Made by a program: the position numbers and the translations under genes. Below are positions 1 through 8,739 of a stretch of 49,071 bases of DNA, piece after piece. The stretch comes from Opitutia bacterium (GTDB lineage: Bacteria; Verrucomicrobiota; Verrucomicrobiia; Opitutales; T3Sed10-336). The notes under the pieces are model-generated. The model ran no database searches. It saw nothing but the letters and a program-made list of their open reading frames with translations, and was not told where the DNA came from. Position 1 is the stretch's first letter; every line of letters starts with the position of its first letter. The stretch is from the NCBI GenBank assembly GCA_050506795.1, contig JBJHCF010000042.1:1-49071 (forward strand). Reading direction: 5' to 3'.

Positions 1-284
1 CGAACGCGGCGTTGATGGGCGAAGGGCAGGGGTTGCCCAAGAGTGTGGTGGCGCGGGTAAAGGGGCGGGAAGGGGAGTTGAGCCTGCCGGAGGTGTTGCG
101 TTGCCGGGTGCGTTATTTCACGGCCGGGGCGGCGATCGGGACGCGAGAGTTCGTGGAGGAAGTGTTGCGTCAGAACGCGGGGATGTTCGGGAAGAACCGC
201 AAGAGCGGAGCGGTGCGAATGCGGGGGAAGGGGTTGGGGGACCTCTATAGCTTAAGGAACTTGCAGAAGGACGTGTTCAGTTGA
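1..284 (+). mobile_element. C-terminal fragment of a probable REP-associated (RAYT)/Y1 tyrosine transposase-like gene, 5' part outside window
   Basis: Frame is open from the window edge to TGA at 282-284. LRCRVRYFTAGAAIGTREFVE...RKSGA...LYSLRNLQ resembles the C-terminal tail I recognise from verrucomicrobial Y1/RAYT-like transposases. The catalytic HUH/Tyr motifs are not in the window. Confidence 0.55.
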
Positions 285-345
285 GCCAAAGGAATCCTCC
301 GCCGGCGGGCGTCATGGCCAAGGTGAACGGTGATGCAGGTTGGCT

Positions 346-1764
346 CTACAGATCGCTGGCGTTCTCTTCCGGAATGACGGGTTCCCGCAAGCCGTATGCA
401 CCAAGCAGTGCCGACCAGGCTTGAAATGGAGTGGCTTGCGGGGGAAGCGAGATCGGTTTGTGAGGGTCGGTCAGCAGCTGACGTCGTTTGCCGGCACGGC
501 GCAGACCTAAGCGCTGTGGGGCTCCCGCCAGCCAGGCTTCCAGGTCGGCTTGGAAGGATTCGGGGAAAACGAGGTGGACGTCACCATATTCGTGGCGAAG
601 GCGATAAAAGAAACGCAGCCGACTGATTCTGTTGGATGGCGGGGCCAGGCAGCGCTCGGCGGTGCCGGATTGCTCGAGATCGGAGAGGGTTTCCTGATTG
701 GCAAAAAGGGTCAGGCCCATGTCGGGCCGGGCTTCCCGGATGGCTTGCAGTAGGGGTAAGAGGATTCGGCAATCGTCCGGGGAATCCGGCATGGTAACCC
801 ACAAACGGGTTTCACGCGGGGTTTCCGGACGCCCGTTAAAGGCGTTACTGGCGGCCAGACGGTTCCGTTTGTTGCGCAGCTGAAACCGGCGTTTGGCTTT
901 GTCCTGCGTCCGCCAACGGTCGTGCAGCCAGAGCCAGTCGGCGCAGTGATCGTCGGATTCGGCCAGGTACCTTTCAAGCCAGTGATGGGCCGCCAGCGTG
1001 ATACCGGTAGGAGAGTTTTCCTGTATGACTTTGAAACGCAGACGGCCCCGCCATAAGCCAACGCGTTCCGGAATAAAGACCACGGTTTCCGCCTTTTGCC
1101 GGCAGGCGAGCAGTCCCGGCAGTTCCGTCGCGCTGGCCAGACGATCAAACATGGTGATGAGGGCGCCGCTGCTTCCCGCGCTCTGGTCGAAGAGCACCCC
1201 CGCGATCCCGTTGCCTTCCAGGCACCGTGCGACCGAGGAGAAACCGTCCCGGCGAGAGGCCAGTTTAATTCCGAAACGCTCTCGGGCTTCTCTTACCCAC
1301 CGGTCGACAGCGGGTTGATTGATTGGGCGGAATACGACGGCAGTCGTTGCCATCCGATAGGGCAACACCTGGGGCAAAAGGGTCAGCGTTTCCGAAAGAG
1401 TGAAATGAGGTACCAATATGACTGTCGGGTGGGTGCTTTCCTCCGAGATGTGCACTTTCAAGGAGGCGGCATCCTCAGGTGCGAGGCGGACGGTTTCCCG
1501 GATTCGCCGGTCGTTGAAGTGAGGCGAGGCAAGGAGAAACAGACCCATCTCGACCAGGCGGGCGCAGCTTTCGCGCAGGATGGCGCGTCTTTGCCGCTCG
1601 GTTTTCCGCGGGAACGCGCCGTGGAGCGCCCGCAGCGCCTGCCTTCGTCGCCCCCGGAGGGATAGGTAGATCAAGGACCCGACCACGACACAAAGGGCGC
1701 GGACCAGAAACGGAGGACAGGCGGCAAGCAGCCGTCCCGAGGCATTGAGAAAAAGACGGACCAT
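346..1764 (-). CDS. Lipid A late (lauroyl/myristoyl) acyltransferase, LpxL/HtrB family, fused to the N-terminal half of a GT9 heptosyltransferase-like domain
   Basis: N-terminal membrane helix, HFTLSE (HX4E acyltransferase motif), LFDQ and WLWLHDRWR. C-terminal RLWVTMPDSPDD..LLPLLQAIREARPD..AGAPQRLG resembles the GT9 N-domain. Confidence 0.75.
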   Translation of the reverse strand: MVRLFLNASGRLLAACPPFLVRALCVVVGSLIYLSLRGRRRQALRALHGAFPRKTERQRRAILRESCARLVEMGLFLLASPHFNDRRIRETVRLAPEDAASLKVHISEESTHPTVILVPHFTLSETLTLLPQVLPYRMATTAVVFRPINQPAVDRWVREARERFGIKLASRRDGFSSVARCLEGNGIAGVLFDQSAGSSGALITMFDRLASATELPGLLACRQKAETVVFIPERVGLWRGRLRFKVIQENSPTGITLAAHHWLERYLAESDDHCADWLWLHDRWRTQDKAKRRFQLRNKRNRLAASNAFNGRPETPRETRLWVTMPDSPDDCRILLPLLQAIREARPDMGLTLFANQETLSDLEQSGTAERCLAPPSNRISRLRFFYRLRHEYGDVHLVFPESFQADLEAWLAGAPQRLGLRRAGKRRQLLTDPHKPISLPPQATPFQAWSALLGAYGLREPVIPEENASDL

Positions 1765-2152
1765 CGCTGAAACCTCAGGTCACGCCGGTGCTCCAATACG
1801 GCTGTCCGGTTTGAGAATTCTGGTCCGTGTCGTGTCGTGGGTTTCAGGCGATCGATAACAGCGGGCGAGGTTCGGTTCTATTCTCATAAGCGACAGCATT
1901 TCGGCTGCATCGTGTCTGCCAAGAAAAAAGCTTCAGCGCTCGTTTATTGGGGGGACAGCTGAGGGAAACGCGGGCGAACATCGACCTGGCCGGGCCGATT
2001 GTCGCTGTGTGTCACCATTAATCGAGAACGGAAAACCAATCTCCCGGTTTTGCGTCGACACCGGGGGCAATTCCCTACTTTATGTGATAAAAATCTACTG
2101 AGGTTCACTTGACATCCCCTTTGTTGAGGAAGCGGGCAAGTTTGTTTATTTC

Positions 2153-2962
2153 ATGATTTTCAATAGAATACGGCATCGGGCTGACAGATTAGGCGGGAAG
2201 AGCCGCCCGGAGGATGATTCCCGCTGTTTCGCAGGGCGCGAAACCGTTCGTTATGGCCGTTTGCAGCGCACCCGAGCGGCCTTCACCCTAATTGAGCTTT
2301 TGGTGGTGCTCGGTATTATCGCCGCGGTGGTCGGCGGGGTGGGTTTGGCCTTGCGGGGTGGCGACGACACCGTCGCTCTCGGCTCGGCCCAGCGTACCGT
2401 AGCCAGTATGCTTACCGCCACCCGGGCACAGGCCGTAATGAATGGCACCACGGCCCGGTTGATTATTCACGTGGATTCGAGCGAGCCGGAACATTTTCTC
2501 CGAAGGGTTGGCATTATCAAGCAGCTCTTACAAGCCGACGGCACGCCCTACAGTCCGCCTCGCTGGGTTCCGACAAGTGACGGAACCGCGTTGCCGCGCG
2601 GAACTTATTTTGTCCCGGGCGTTGGGACGAGCGTGCCGGCCGAGCTTTTCTCCAACGAATGGAACCTTTCCACCGACGCGATTTCGCTCTACGGCTCGAA
2701 CGAGATTAATCTGACCTATCCCCAGATGGGCAGCGGGGATTCCCTGCAGATGTCGGGCCCGCGCTGGGCTTTTTATGAGTTCGGGCCAGACGGTCAAATG
2801 ACTTCGTTCGGCACCAATCAGCAGATTGTGTTGACCACGGGCCGGCGAACTCAGACCACCCCGGTTTTTGAGAATCCCGAAAACGTTCGCGGACTTGTCC
2901 TGCGGCGGATCGGCACCTTTCACCTGGTGAACGAACGGCTGACTTTTCACGGAACGAATTGA
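2153..2962 (+). CDS. Type IV minor pilin/pseudopilin, FimT/GspH-like
   Basis: Basic leader, then A|FTLIELLVVLGII (class III signal with E+5). ARAQAVM helix is typical of FimT/GspH. Confidence 0.8.
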   Translation: MIFNRIRHRADRLGGKSRPEDDSRCFAGRETVRYGRLQRTRAAFTLIELLVVLGIIAAVVGGVGLALRGGDDTVALGSAQRTVASMLTATRAQAVMNGTTARLIIHVDSSEPEHFLRRVGIIKQLLQADGTPYSPPRWVPTSDGTALPRGTYFVPGVGTSVPAELFSNEWNLSTDAISLYGSNEINLTYPQMGSGDSLQMSGPRWAFYEFGPDGQMTSFGTNQQIVLTTGRRTQTTPVFENPENVRGLVLRRIGTFHLVNERLTFHGTN

Positions 2963-3579
2963 GGATGACTGGCGACATTAAACAACGGAGCGGAGCGTTC
3001 TCGCTCGTCGAGGTGGTAATCGCGGTGGGCCTTTTCGCCTTGAGCATCCTCGCGGTGGTGGGGTTGCTCGGCCCGATTCTCGACTCCATTCGCGAGAGCG
3101 AGGAAACCGAAATCGCCTCCAACATCAACGAACTGATCCGCGCGGAGCTGGAGCGCATTCCGTTTACCGGTCCCGATAGTATCGAGGCGTGGCCGACCGG
3201 TACGAACGACCGGGTTGTGCTATATGCCAGTCGCGATCTGACGGCCATAGGGGTGGCCGGTCCAGGCGGCAACCAGTGGCGGCAGTTGCTGACCGACCTG
3301 AACGCGCTGGACAGCGACCGGCAATATGGCGTCGCCGACACGGTTTTCCGGATCGAACTCCGCAATTCGGAGGCCTTTCCGTTCGATCAGAATACACACG
3401 CGTCCCGCACCTTCCACATCCGGGTCTATTGGCCGGTGTACCGGCGTACCGGCCCGGGGCCCAACGACGCTCGGCCAACCATCGAGGGTTATCAGATGGG
3501 GGATGCGGTCCAGCCGGGCAATGTCTCTCTGGGTGAACTCCGGCAAATGAACTTTTTCACGACCATTCGCAGGAAATGA
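2959..3579 (+). CDS. Type IV minor pilin/pseudopilin, PilV/GspI-like (TTG at 2959 or ATG at 2965)
   Basis: A|FSLVEVVIAVGLF..LLG class III signal; TTGA overlap with the upstream stop. Confidence 0.8.
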   Translation: MRMTGDIKQRSGAFSLVEVVIAVGLFALSILAVVGLLGPILDSIRESEETEIASNINELIRAELERIPFTGPDSIEAWPTGTNDRVVLYASRDLTAIGVAGPGGNQWRQLLTDLNALDSDRQYGVADTVFRIELRNSEAFPFDQNTHASRTFHIRVYWPVYRRTGPGPNDARPTIEGYQMGDAVQPGNVSLGELRQMNFFTTIRRK

Positions 3580-4745
3580 GCGATTTATCTTCCAGGACGC
3601 ATTCGACGCCGCGGGTGTCCGCCGGGTTCACCATTATCGAACTCCTGGTGGCGGTCGCGATCACCGCCGCCATGGCGGCGGTGATGCTGGCCATGACCAC
3701 CAACATCATGAGTTCGTGGACCCGCGCTTCGGGCAACCTGGCCGCGCAGACCCAGGCCCGCCTGGCTCTGGATTTCCTGCAGCGCGACCTGGAGCGGGCG
3801 CTTTTCCGGCAGGATGGCAACGTGTGGTTCGCGGTGGACTCGCTGACCGCCCCGGGCGGGAATCGTCCGCCCAATGTGTGGCAGAATCCATCCAACGCGA
3901 ACCGTGCCAAGCCCCTTTCGATGAGCCCGGGATCGAGGGAATCCGCCTGGGATCCTGATCAGGACCGCTTCGGCTGGGCCGGTGTCTGGTTGCGTTTTTT
4001 TACCGCGGATCCGGAGGTCAACGCCGTTTCCTACCAGATTGTCCGCCGCACGCCGGTTGAAATGTCAACAGCGCTGAGTCAGCAGGAAATCGACGCTCGG
4101 GCCAGGTACATGTTGTATCGTTCGTGGGTGCCTTCGGAATCGACTTTCATTCATGGGTACAATATCCTGAATCCCGATTATAATCCGCCGACGGGGCCGA
4201 GTGAAGGCCGCGGGTCGCGGGAGGAATTCGATTATCCGGAGTACGGGGCGAACACGATGGCGCAACGGGCTGAAGCCGCCGAGATTCGTTATCCCAGTCG
4301 CGACAGTGTGGTCGCGAGTAATGTGGTTGATTTCGGAGTCCGGTTGTTTTGGAGAACCCGGGTAAATCCGGGTAACCCGAATTCCGAATTCACCTACGTG
4401 GAAATTTTTCCCCGGCCCCAGCCTCCTATTGCCAGCGGATTGAATTCCAATCTTGCTCATCGCTCTCCGGCCCTGGTCGGGCAGCGGCCGCAGCCGCAGG
4501 ACCGTACCACGGCAAATTACAGCGAGTACACTTTTGCTCTAGACCCGACCAACGCCACCCAGGCCTCGACCCGCATTCCCCATGTTGCCGAAATCACCTT
4601 GCGCGTTCTGACCGATGAGGGGGCGACATTGTTGTCCAATTATGAAGCCGGACGAATCGAAGGCGATTGGTGGGAAATCGTAGAAGCCCATTCCAAGCTG
4701 TTCACCCGGCGGGTGGTCCTCCGTAACGTTCCCGAGGGCCGCTGA
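3576..4745 (+). CDS. Type IV minor pilin/pseudopilin, PilW/GspJ-like, copy 1
   Basis: G|FTIIELLVAVAIT; ARLALDFLQRDLERA helix; SNVVDFG motif; ATGA overlap with the upstream gene. Confidence 0.8.
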   Translation: MSDLSSRTHSTPRVSAGFTIIELLVAVAITAAMAAVMLAMTTNIMSSWTRASGNLAAQTQARLALDFLQRDLERALFRQDGNVWFAVDSLTAPGGNRPPNVWQNPSNANRAKPLSMSPGSRESAWDPDQDRFGWAGVWLRFFTADPEVNAVSYQIVRRTPVEMSTALSQQEIDARARYMLYRSWVPSESTFIHGYNILNPDYNPPTGPSEGRGSREEFDYPEYGANTMAQRAEAAEIRYPSRDSVVASNVVDFGVRLFWRTRVNPGNPNSEFTYVEIFPRPQPPIASGLNSNLAHRSPALVGQRPQPQDRTTANYSEYTFALDPTNATQASTRIPHVAEITLRVLTDEGATLLSNYEAGRIEGDWWEIVEAHSKLFTRRVVLRNVPEGR

Positions 4746-4760
4746 GCGCGGGCCGGTGTT

Positions 4761-4781
4761 ATCGGGCGCACTTCGCCCGAT
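4761..4781. other. Intergenic stem-loop ATCGGGCG-cactt-CGCCCGAT
   Basis: Perfect 8-bp inverted repeat 15 nt after the copy-1 stop codon. There is no adjacent U-tract, so terminator function is unproven. Confidence 0.5.
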
Positions 4782-4935
4782 GAGTCCACTGATCGCTTGG
4801 CGCTTTTTGCTTGCGGTGTGAGGAGTGCTGCTGGATCGTTTCGTTCGTTGATACCCTGTGATTCACTTATAGACGGTTGTTTTTGTTTGTTCTGGCGCAA
4901 TCCCGCACTAACCCCTTCAGCTTTACCCCTGTTCC

Positions 4936-5922
4936 ATGTCCGCATTTTCTACCCCGCGATCCCCCCGTTTTAGGGCGGGGACCTTGATTGAACTTCTGGT
5001 GGCGCTGGCCATCACGGTTGCGATGGCCGCAAGCATGCTGGCGATGACCGGCACCATCTTGAGCAAGTGGCGAGTCGCATCGGGCAGTGTCTCGGCTCAA
5101 GCGGAGGCGCGTCGCGTCCTGGACCAAATTCAGCGTGACCTGGAGCAGGCTGTGATCTATGCCGGTGGCGTTGGTTTCGCCGTCGACACGGTGCGAGGTC
5201 CTTTGGACACGTTGTTATGGGAGTTCCCGGATATGGACCGCATCAAGCCCCTCGATGCATCCTGGGACCCGGATCGCGACCGGTTCGGGTGGGGCGGCGT
5301 TTGGTTGAGGTTTTTCACCGGAAACGCCGAGGTTCGGGCGGTATCCTATAAAATCGTGCGTCGCACTCCGACCGGGGGTGCGGACCCTTCGCAGGCGCGG
5401 TATTACCTTTATCGCGGGCAGGTTCGAGGCGATCGAACCTTTGCCGCCGGGTACGATCTCCTGGCGCCCGCCTACAATCCCGGGTCCCGCCCCGGCGGCG
5501 CCGTCCGAGTCGGTGACGCCGCCGAGGTGCAAAGGCCGCGTCGGGACAGTCTTCTGGCGAATAATGTGGTGGATCTCGGAATTCGTTTGTACTGGCGACC
5601 CCTCAACGCGGCCGTGGGACGGGAGGAACTGCTCGTCTTTCCGGTTTCCGAATCGCAGCGCCACCGGGCTCCGGCGCCATCGGGTCAATCCTGGATCCCG
5701 GCGAACCAAGTCGAAGCTTTGTCCCTGCCGGAAGGCGCCATCACCAATCGCGTTCCCGACAGCGCGGAGGTCGTGGTGCGGGTATTGACCGCGGAAGGCG
5801 CCGAGAGGCTGGCCGATTTCGAGAATGGCCTCGTATCGGGGGACTGGTGGGCCATCGTGGACGCCCATTCCAAGGTCTTCAAGCGCAGGGTCAATCTGCA
5901 GAGCACGATGGTTTGGAGATGA
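4936..5922 (+). CDS. Type IV minor pilin/pseudopilin, PilW/GspJ-like, copy 2 (paralog of 3576-4745)
   Basis: Shares blocks with copy 1: ELLVAxAIT, QRDLE, WDPDxDRFGWxGVWLRFFT, AVSYxIVRRTP, GDWWxIVxAHSKxFxRRVxL. Confidence 0.8.
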   Translation: MSAFSTPRSPRFRAGTLIELLVALAITVAMAASMLAMTGTILSKWRVASGSVSAQAEARRVLDQIQRDLEQAVIYAGGVGFAVDTVRGPLDTLLWEFPDMDRIKPLDASWDPDRDRFGWGGVWLRFFTGNAEVRAVSYKIVRRTPTGGADPSQARYYLYRGQVRGDRTFAAGYDLLAPAYNPGSRPGGAVRVGDAAEVQRPRRDSLLANNVVDLGIRLYWRPLNAAVGREELLVFPVSESQRHRAPAPSGQSWIPANQVEALSLPEGAITNRVPDSAEVVVRVLTAEGAERLADFENGLVSGDWWAIVDAHSKVFKRRVNLQSTMVWR

Positions 5923-5965
5923 GTGCCGTCCCAGATCCCAAGGCGCTTCGAGGCCGCCCTTCGAT

Positions 5966-7669
5966 TTAAAGTTCCCGGTCGGTGACCGCTCCGAGGGAAG
6001 CGGAGGAAACCAGGCGGGCGAACTTGGCCAGTACTCCGCGGTGTTCGGCGGGTTCCGGTTGCTTCCATCCGTCCCGGCGTTTCCGGATCTCCGCATCCGG
6101 GATTTCAAGATTAATCTCGTCCTTGTCGGCGTCGATGGAGATGGGGTCACCGTCCCTGATCAGGGCTATTGTGCCTCCGTTGAAGGCTTCCGGGGTGATG
6201 TGGCCGACCACAAATCCGTGACTGCCGCCCGAAAAACGTCCGTCGGTGATTAGCGCCACCTCTTTGCCCAGGCCTCGGCCCATAATGGCGGCGGTGGGAC
6301 TGAGCATCTCCCGCATTCCGGGGCCGCCCCGCGGTCCCTCGTTGCGAATGACGATAACATGGCCCGCTACGACCGTGCCGTCCAGGATGGCGCGCAGGGC
6401 ATCCTCCTCCGACTCAAAAACGATGGCTTTGCCCTCGAAGCGGGATCCCTCCTTGCCGGAGATTTTTGCCACCGCGCCTTCCGGGGCCAGGTTGCCGTAG
6501 AGAATCCGAATGTGACTGGTGGCGCGAACGGGTTTATCAAAAGGCATCACCACATCCTGGTCCGCGGGGTACGGTTGGACGTCGGCCAGGTTTTCGGCGA
6601 CGGTTTTTCCGGTTACAGTCAGGCAGTCGCCGTGCAGCAGGCCTTGATCGAGCAGGATTTTCATCAACGGTGTGAGACCGCCGATACGGGAAAGGTGGGC
6701 CATGTGGTATTTTCCGCTCGGCTTGAGGTCGCAGAGCACCGGTACCCGCCGGCCGATCGCGGTGAAATCGTCGATGGAAAGCTCGACTCCGGCGGCGTGA
6801 GCCATGGCAAGCAAGTGGAGCACCGCGTTGGTTGATCCCCCCAGGGCGATCACCATGGTGATGGCGTTTTCGAACGCCTTGCGGGTCATGATGTCGCGCG
6901 GACGGATGTTCTTTTCCAGCAGGTGGAGCACGGCGGCTCCGGCGTTGCGACAGTCGGCGGTTTTGTCTTTGGAGACCGCCAACTGAGCCGAGCTGTTTGG
7001 GAGGGACATGCCCATCGCCTCAATGGCGGAAGCCATGGTGTTGGCGGTGTACATGCCGCCGCAGGACCCGGCGCCGGGAATGGCGCAGGATTCGACTTCT
7101 TTCAGGCCCTTGTCGTCCAGTTGTTTGTTGGCGTGCTGTCCGACCGCTTCAAAAACGGACACGATGTCAACGGGTTTGTCCTTGATGATGCCCGGCAGGA
7201 TGCTGCCGCCGTAAACAAAGACCGAGGGACGGTTCAGGCGCGCCATGGCGATGAGGCAACCCGGCATGTTTTTGTCACAGCCGCCGATGGCGACCACGCC
7301 GTCGAACCCCTCCGCCCCGGTCACGGTTTCGATCGAATCGGCGATCACCTCGCGCGACACCAGTGAGTAGCGCATGCCTTTGGTTCCCATGGAAATGCCG
7401 TCTGATACGGTGATGGTCCCAAAGATGATCGACTTGCCGCCGGCGGAGTCAACCCCCTCGCCGGCGTCGCGGGCCAGCTGATCGATATGCATGTTGCACG
7501 GCGTGACCATGGCCCAGGTCGATGCGATGCCGACGATCGGTTTTTGGAAATCCTCGTCGCCGAAACCGACGGCCCTGAGCATTGAACGGTTGGGCGCCCG
7601 GTCGGGTCCATCCACAACTTGAGAGGAATAGGCGCGGGGATTCGCGTTCTGATCGGTCTTCTGATTCAA
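5966..7669 (-). CDS. ilvD: Dihydroxy-acid dehydratase
   Basis: [53 protein letters not shown] and TDGRFSGG motifs. Confidence 0.97.
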   Translation of the reverse strand: MNQKTDQNANPRAYSSQVVDGPDRAPNRSMLRAVGFGDEDFQKPIVGIASTWAMVTPCNMHIDQLARDAGEGVDSAGGKSIIFGTITVSDGISMGTKGMRYSLVSREVIADSIETVTGAEGFDGVVAIGGCDKNMPGCLIAMARLNRPSVFVYGGSILPGIIKDKPVDIVSVFEAVGQHANKQLDDKGLKEVESCAIPGAGSCGGMYTANTMASAIEAMGMSLPNSSAQLAVSKDKTADCRNAGAAVLHLLEKNIRPRDIMTRKAFENAITMVIALGGSTNAVLHLLAMAHAAGVELSIDDFTAIGRRVPVLCDLKPSGKYHMAHLSRIGGLTPLMKILLDQGLLHGDCLTVTGKTVAENLADVQPYPADQDVVMPFDKPVRATSHIRILYGNLAPEGAVAKISGKEGSRFEGKAIVFESEEDALRAILDGTVVAGHVIVIRNEGPRGGPGMREMLSPTAAIMGRGLGKEVALITDGRFSGGSHGFVVGHITPEAFNGGTIALIRDGDPISIDADKDEINLEIPDAEIRKRRDGWKQPEPAEHRGVLAKFARLVSSASLGAVTDREL

Positions 7670-7866
7670 CTTAGGTCCGGATTAAAGGTTTGGTGAGAAA
7701 TGTGGGCGTCGGGCGCCATCGAAATATTTTATTTTATCGTTCAAGGCCCATTGTCTTGGCAAAGGAAATTTTTCTGTTTTTCCGGGAGAAAAACTCATTT
7801 ACTGATGGGGGTGTGTTTGCATCCCAATGGATCGACAGCACCTTTTTTCTTCACCGACGATCTGTA

Positions 7867-8739
7867 ATGACATTCGATCTTAAACCGGTTCTCAAGGCTC
7901 TGCTCTTCTCTACTTCGAGCTCGCTCGGCATCAAGGATATTCAGGCGGTATTCACTCGCTTTCACCAGCAACACGGCAGCACTGAGGGAGAGGAGGAACC
8001 GGCGGAGGAGACGGCGGAGGCCGATTCCGCCGCGGATGCGGATGGATGGCGTCCCGAAGATGTGCCGTCGCTGATAACCGTGACCCAGATCCGGGAGGCG
8101 GTGGAAGCGGTGAATGCGGAATTGGAGGAACGGCGGGACGTTTACCGTATTGTGGAGACCCACGATGGATTCCGCATGACCACCGATTCGCGGTATGCCA
8201 CCTGGGTGCGGTTATTGCGGGAGGAACCCCGGCAGATGAGGCTCAGTCAGGCCGCGCTGGAAACCCTGGCCATCGTGGCGTACCGGCAGCCGGTTACCCG
8301 TTCGGAGATGGAAAGCATCCGCGGCGTTTCGGTTGACGGTGCGTTAAACCGGTTGATTGAACGTGAGCTGGTTGAAGTGATCGGGCGCGCGGATCTGCCG
8401 GGGCGCCCCATTCAGTACGGCACGACCGAGCGGTTCCTTGAGTTTGTCGGCATACGCACCCTGGAGGAACTGCCCGCCTCGGATGTGCTATCCCAGCGGC
8501 AGATCGATGATTGGTTGCGCGAAGCGGCCGAGGCGCATCACCCGGGCGATCGCGATGTCGGATTGCCCGAGGAACCGAATGACCAAGAGGCTGTTGATCC
8601 GGCGGTGGTGGGATCGTCCGAGGGGGCACCGCAGGAGCTACCTGCCGCTGACGATATTTCGCGGAAGGAGAGTGACGAATCCGAATCCCCGAAAAAGGAA
8701 CCCGAGTCTACGAACCCTTCAACTTCCACGCAGTCATGA
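7867..8739 (+). CDS. scpB: SMC-Scp complex subunit ScpB (start placed at ATG 7867)
   Basis: LKALLF; LSQAALETLAIVAYRQPVTRSEMESIRGV; GRPIQYGTTERFLE. Has an acidic insert and an acidic C-terminal tail. Confidence 0.93.
   Translation: MTFDLKPVLKALLFSTSSSLGIKDIQAVFTRFHQQHGSTEGEEEPAEETAEADSAADADGWRPEDVPSLITVTQIREAVEAVNAELEERRDVYRIVETHDGFRMTTDSRYATWVRLLREEPRQMRLSQAALETLAIVAYRQPVTRSEMESIRGVSVDGALNRLIERELVEVIGRADLPGRPIQYGTTERFLEFVGIRTLEELPASDVLSQRQIDDWLREAAEAHHPGDRDVGLPEEPNDQEAVDPAVVGSSEGAPQELPAADDISRKESDESESPKKEPESTNPSTSTQS

Noticed and set aside
2109..2140. TTGACA upstream of the pilin cassette as a sigma70 promoter
   Set aside because: No acceptable -10 hexamer at 16-18 nt spacing.
4797..4907. 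Two TGGCGC...GC sequences resembling sigma54 promoters before pilin copy 2
   Set aside because: The GG-to-GC spacing does not match the strict -24/-12 distance in either case.
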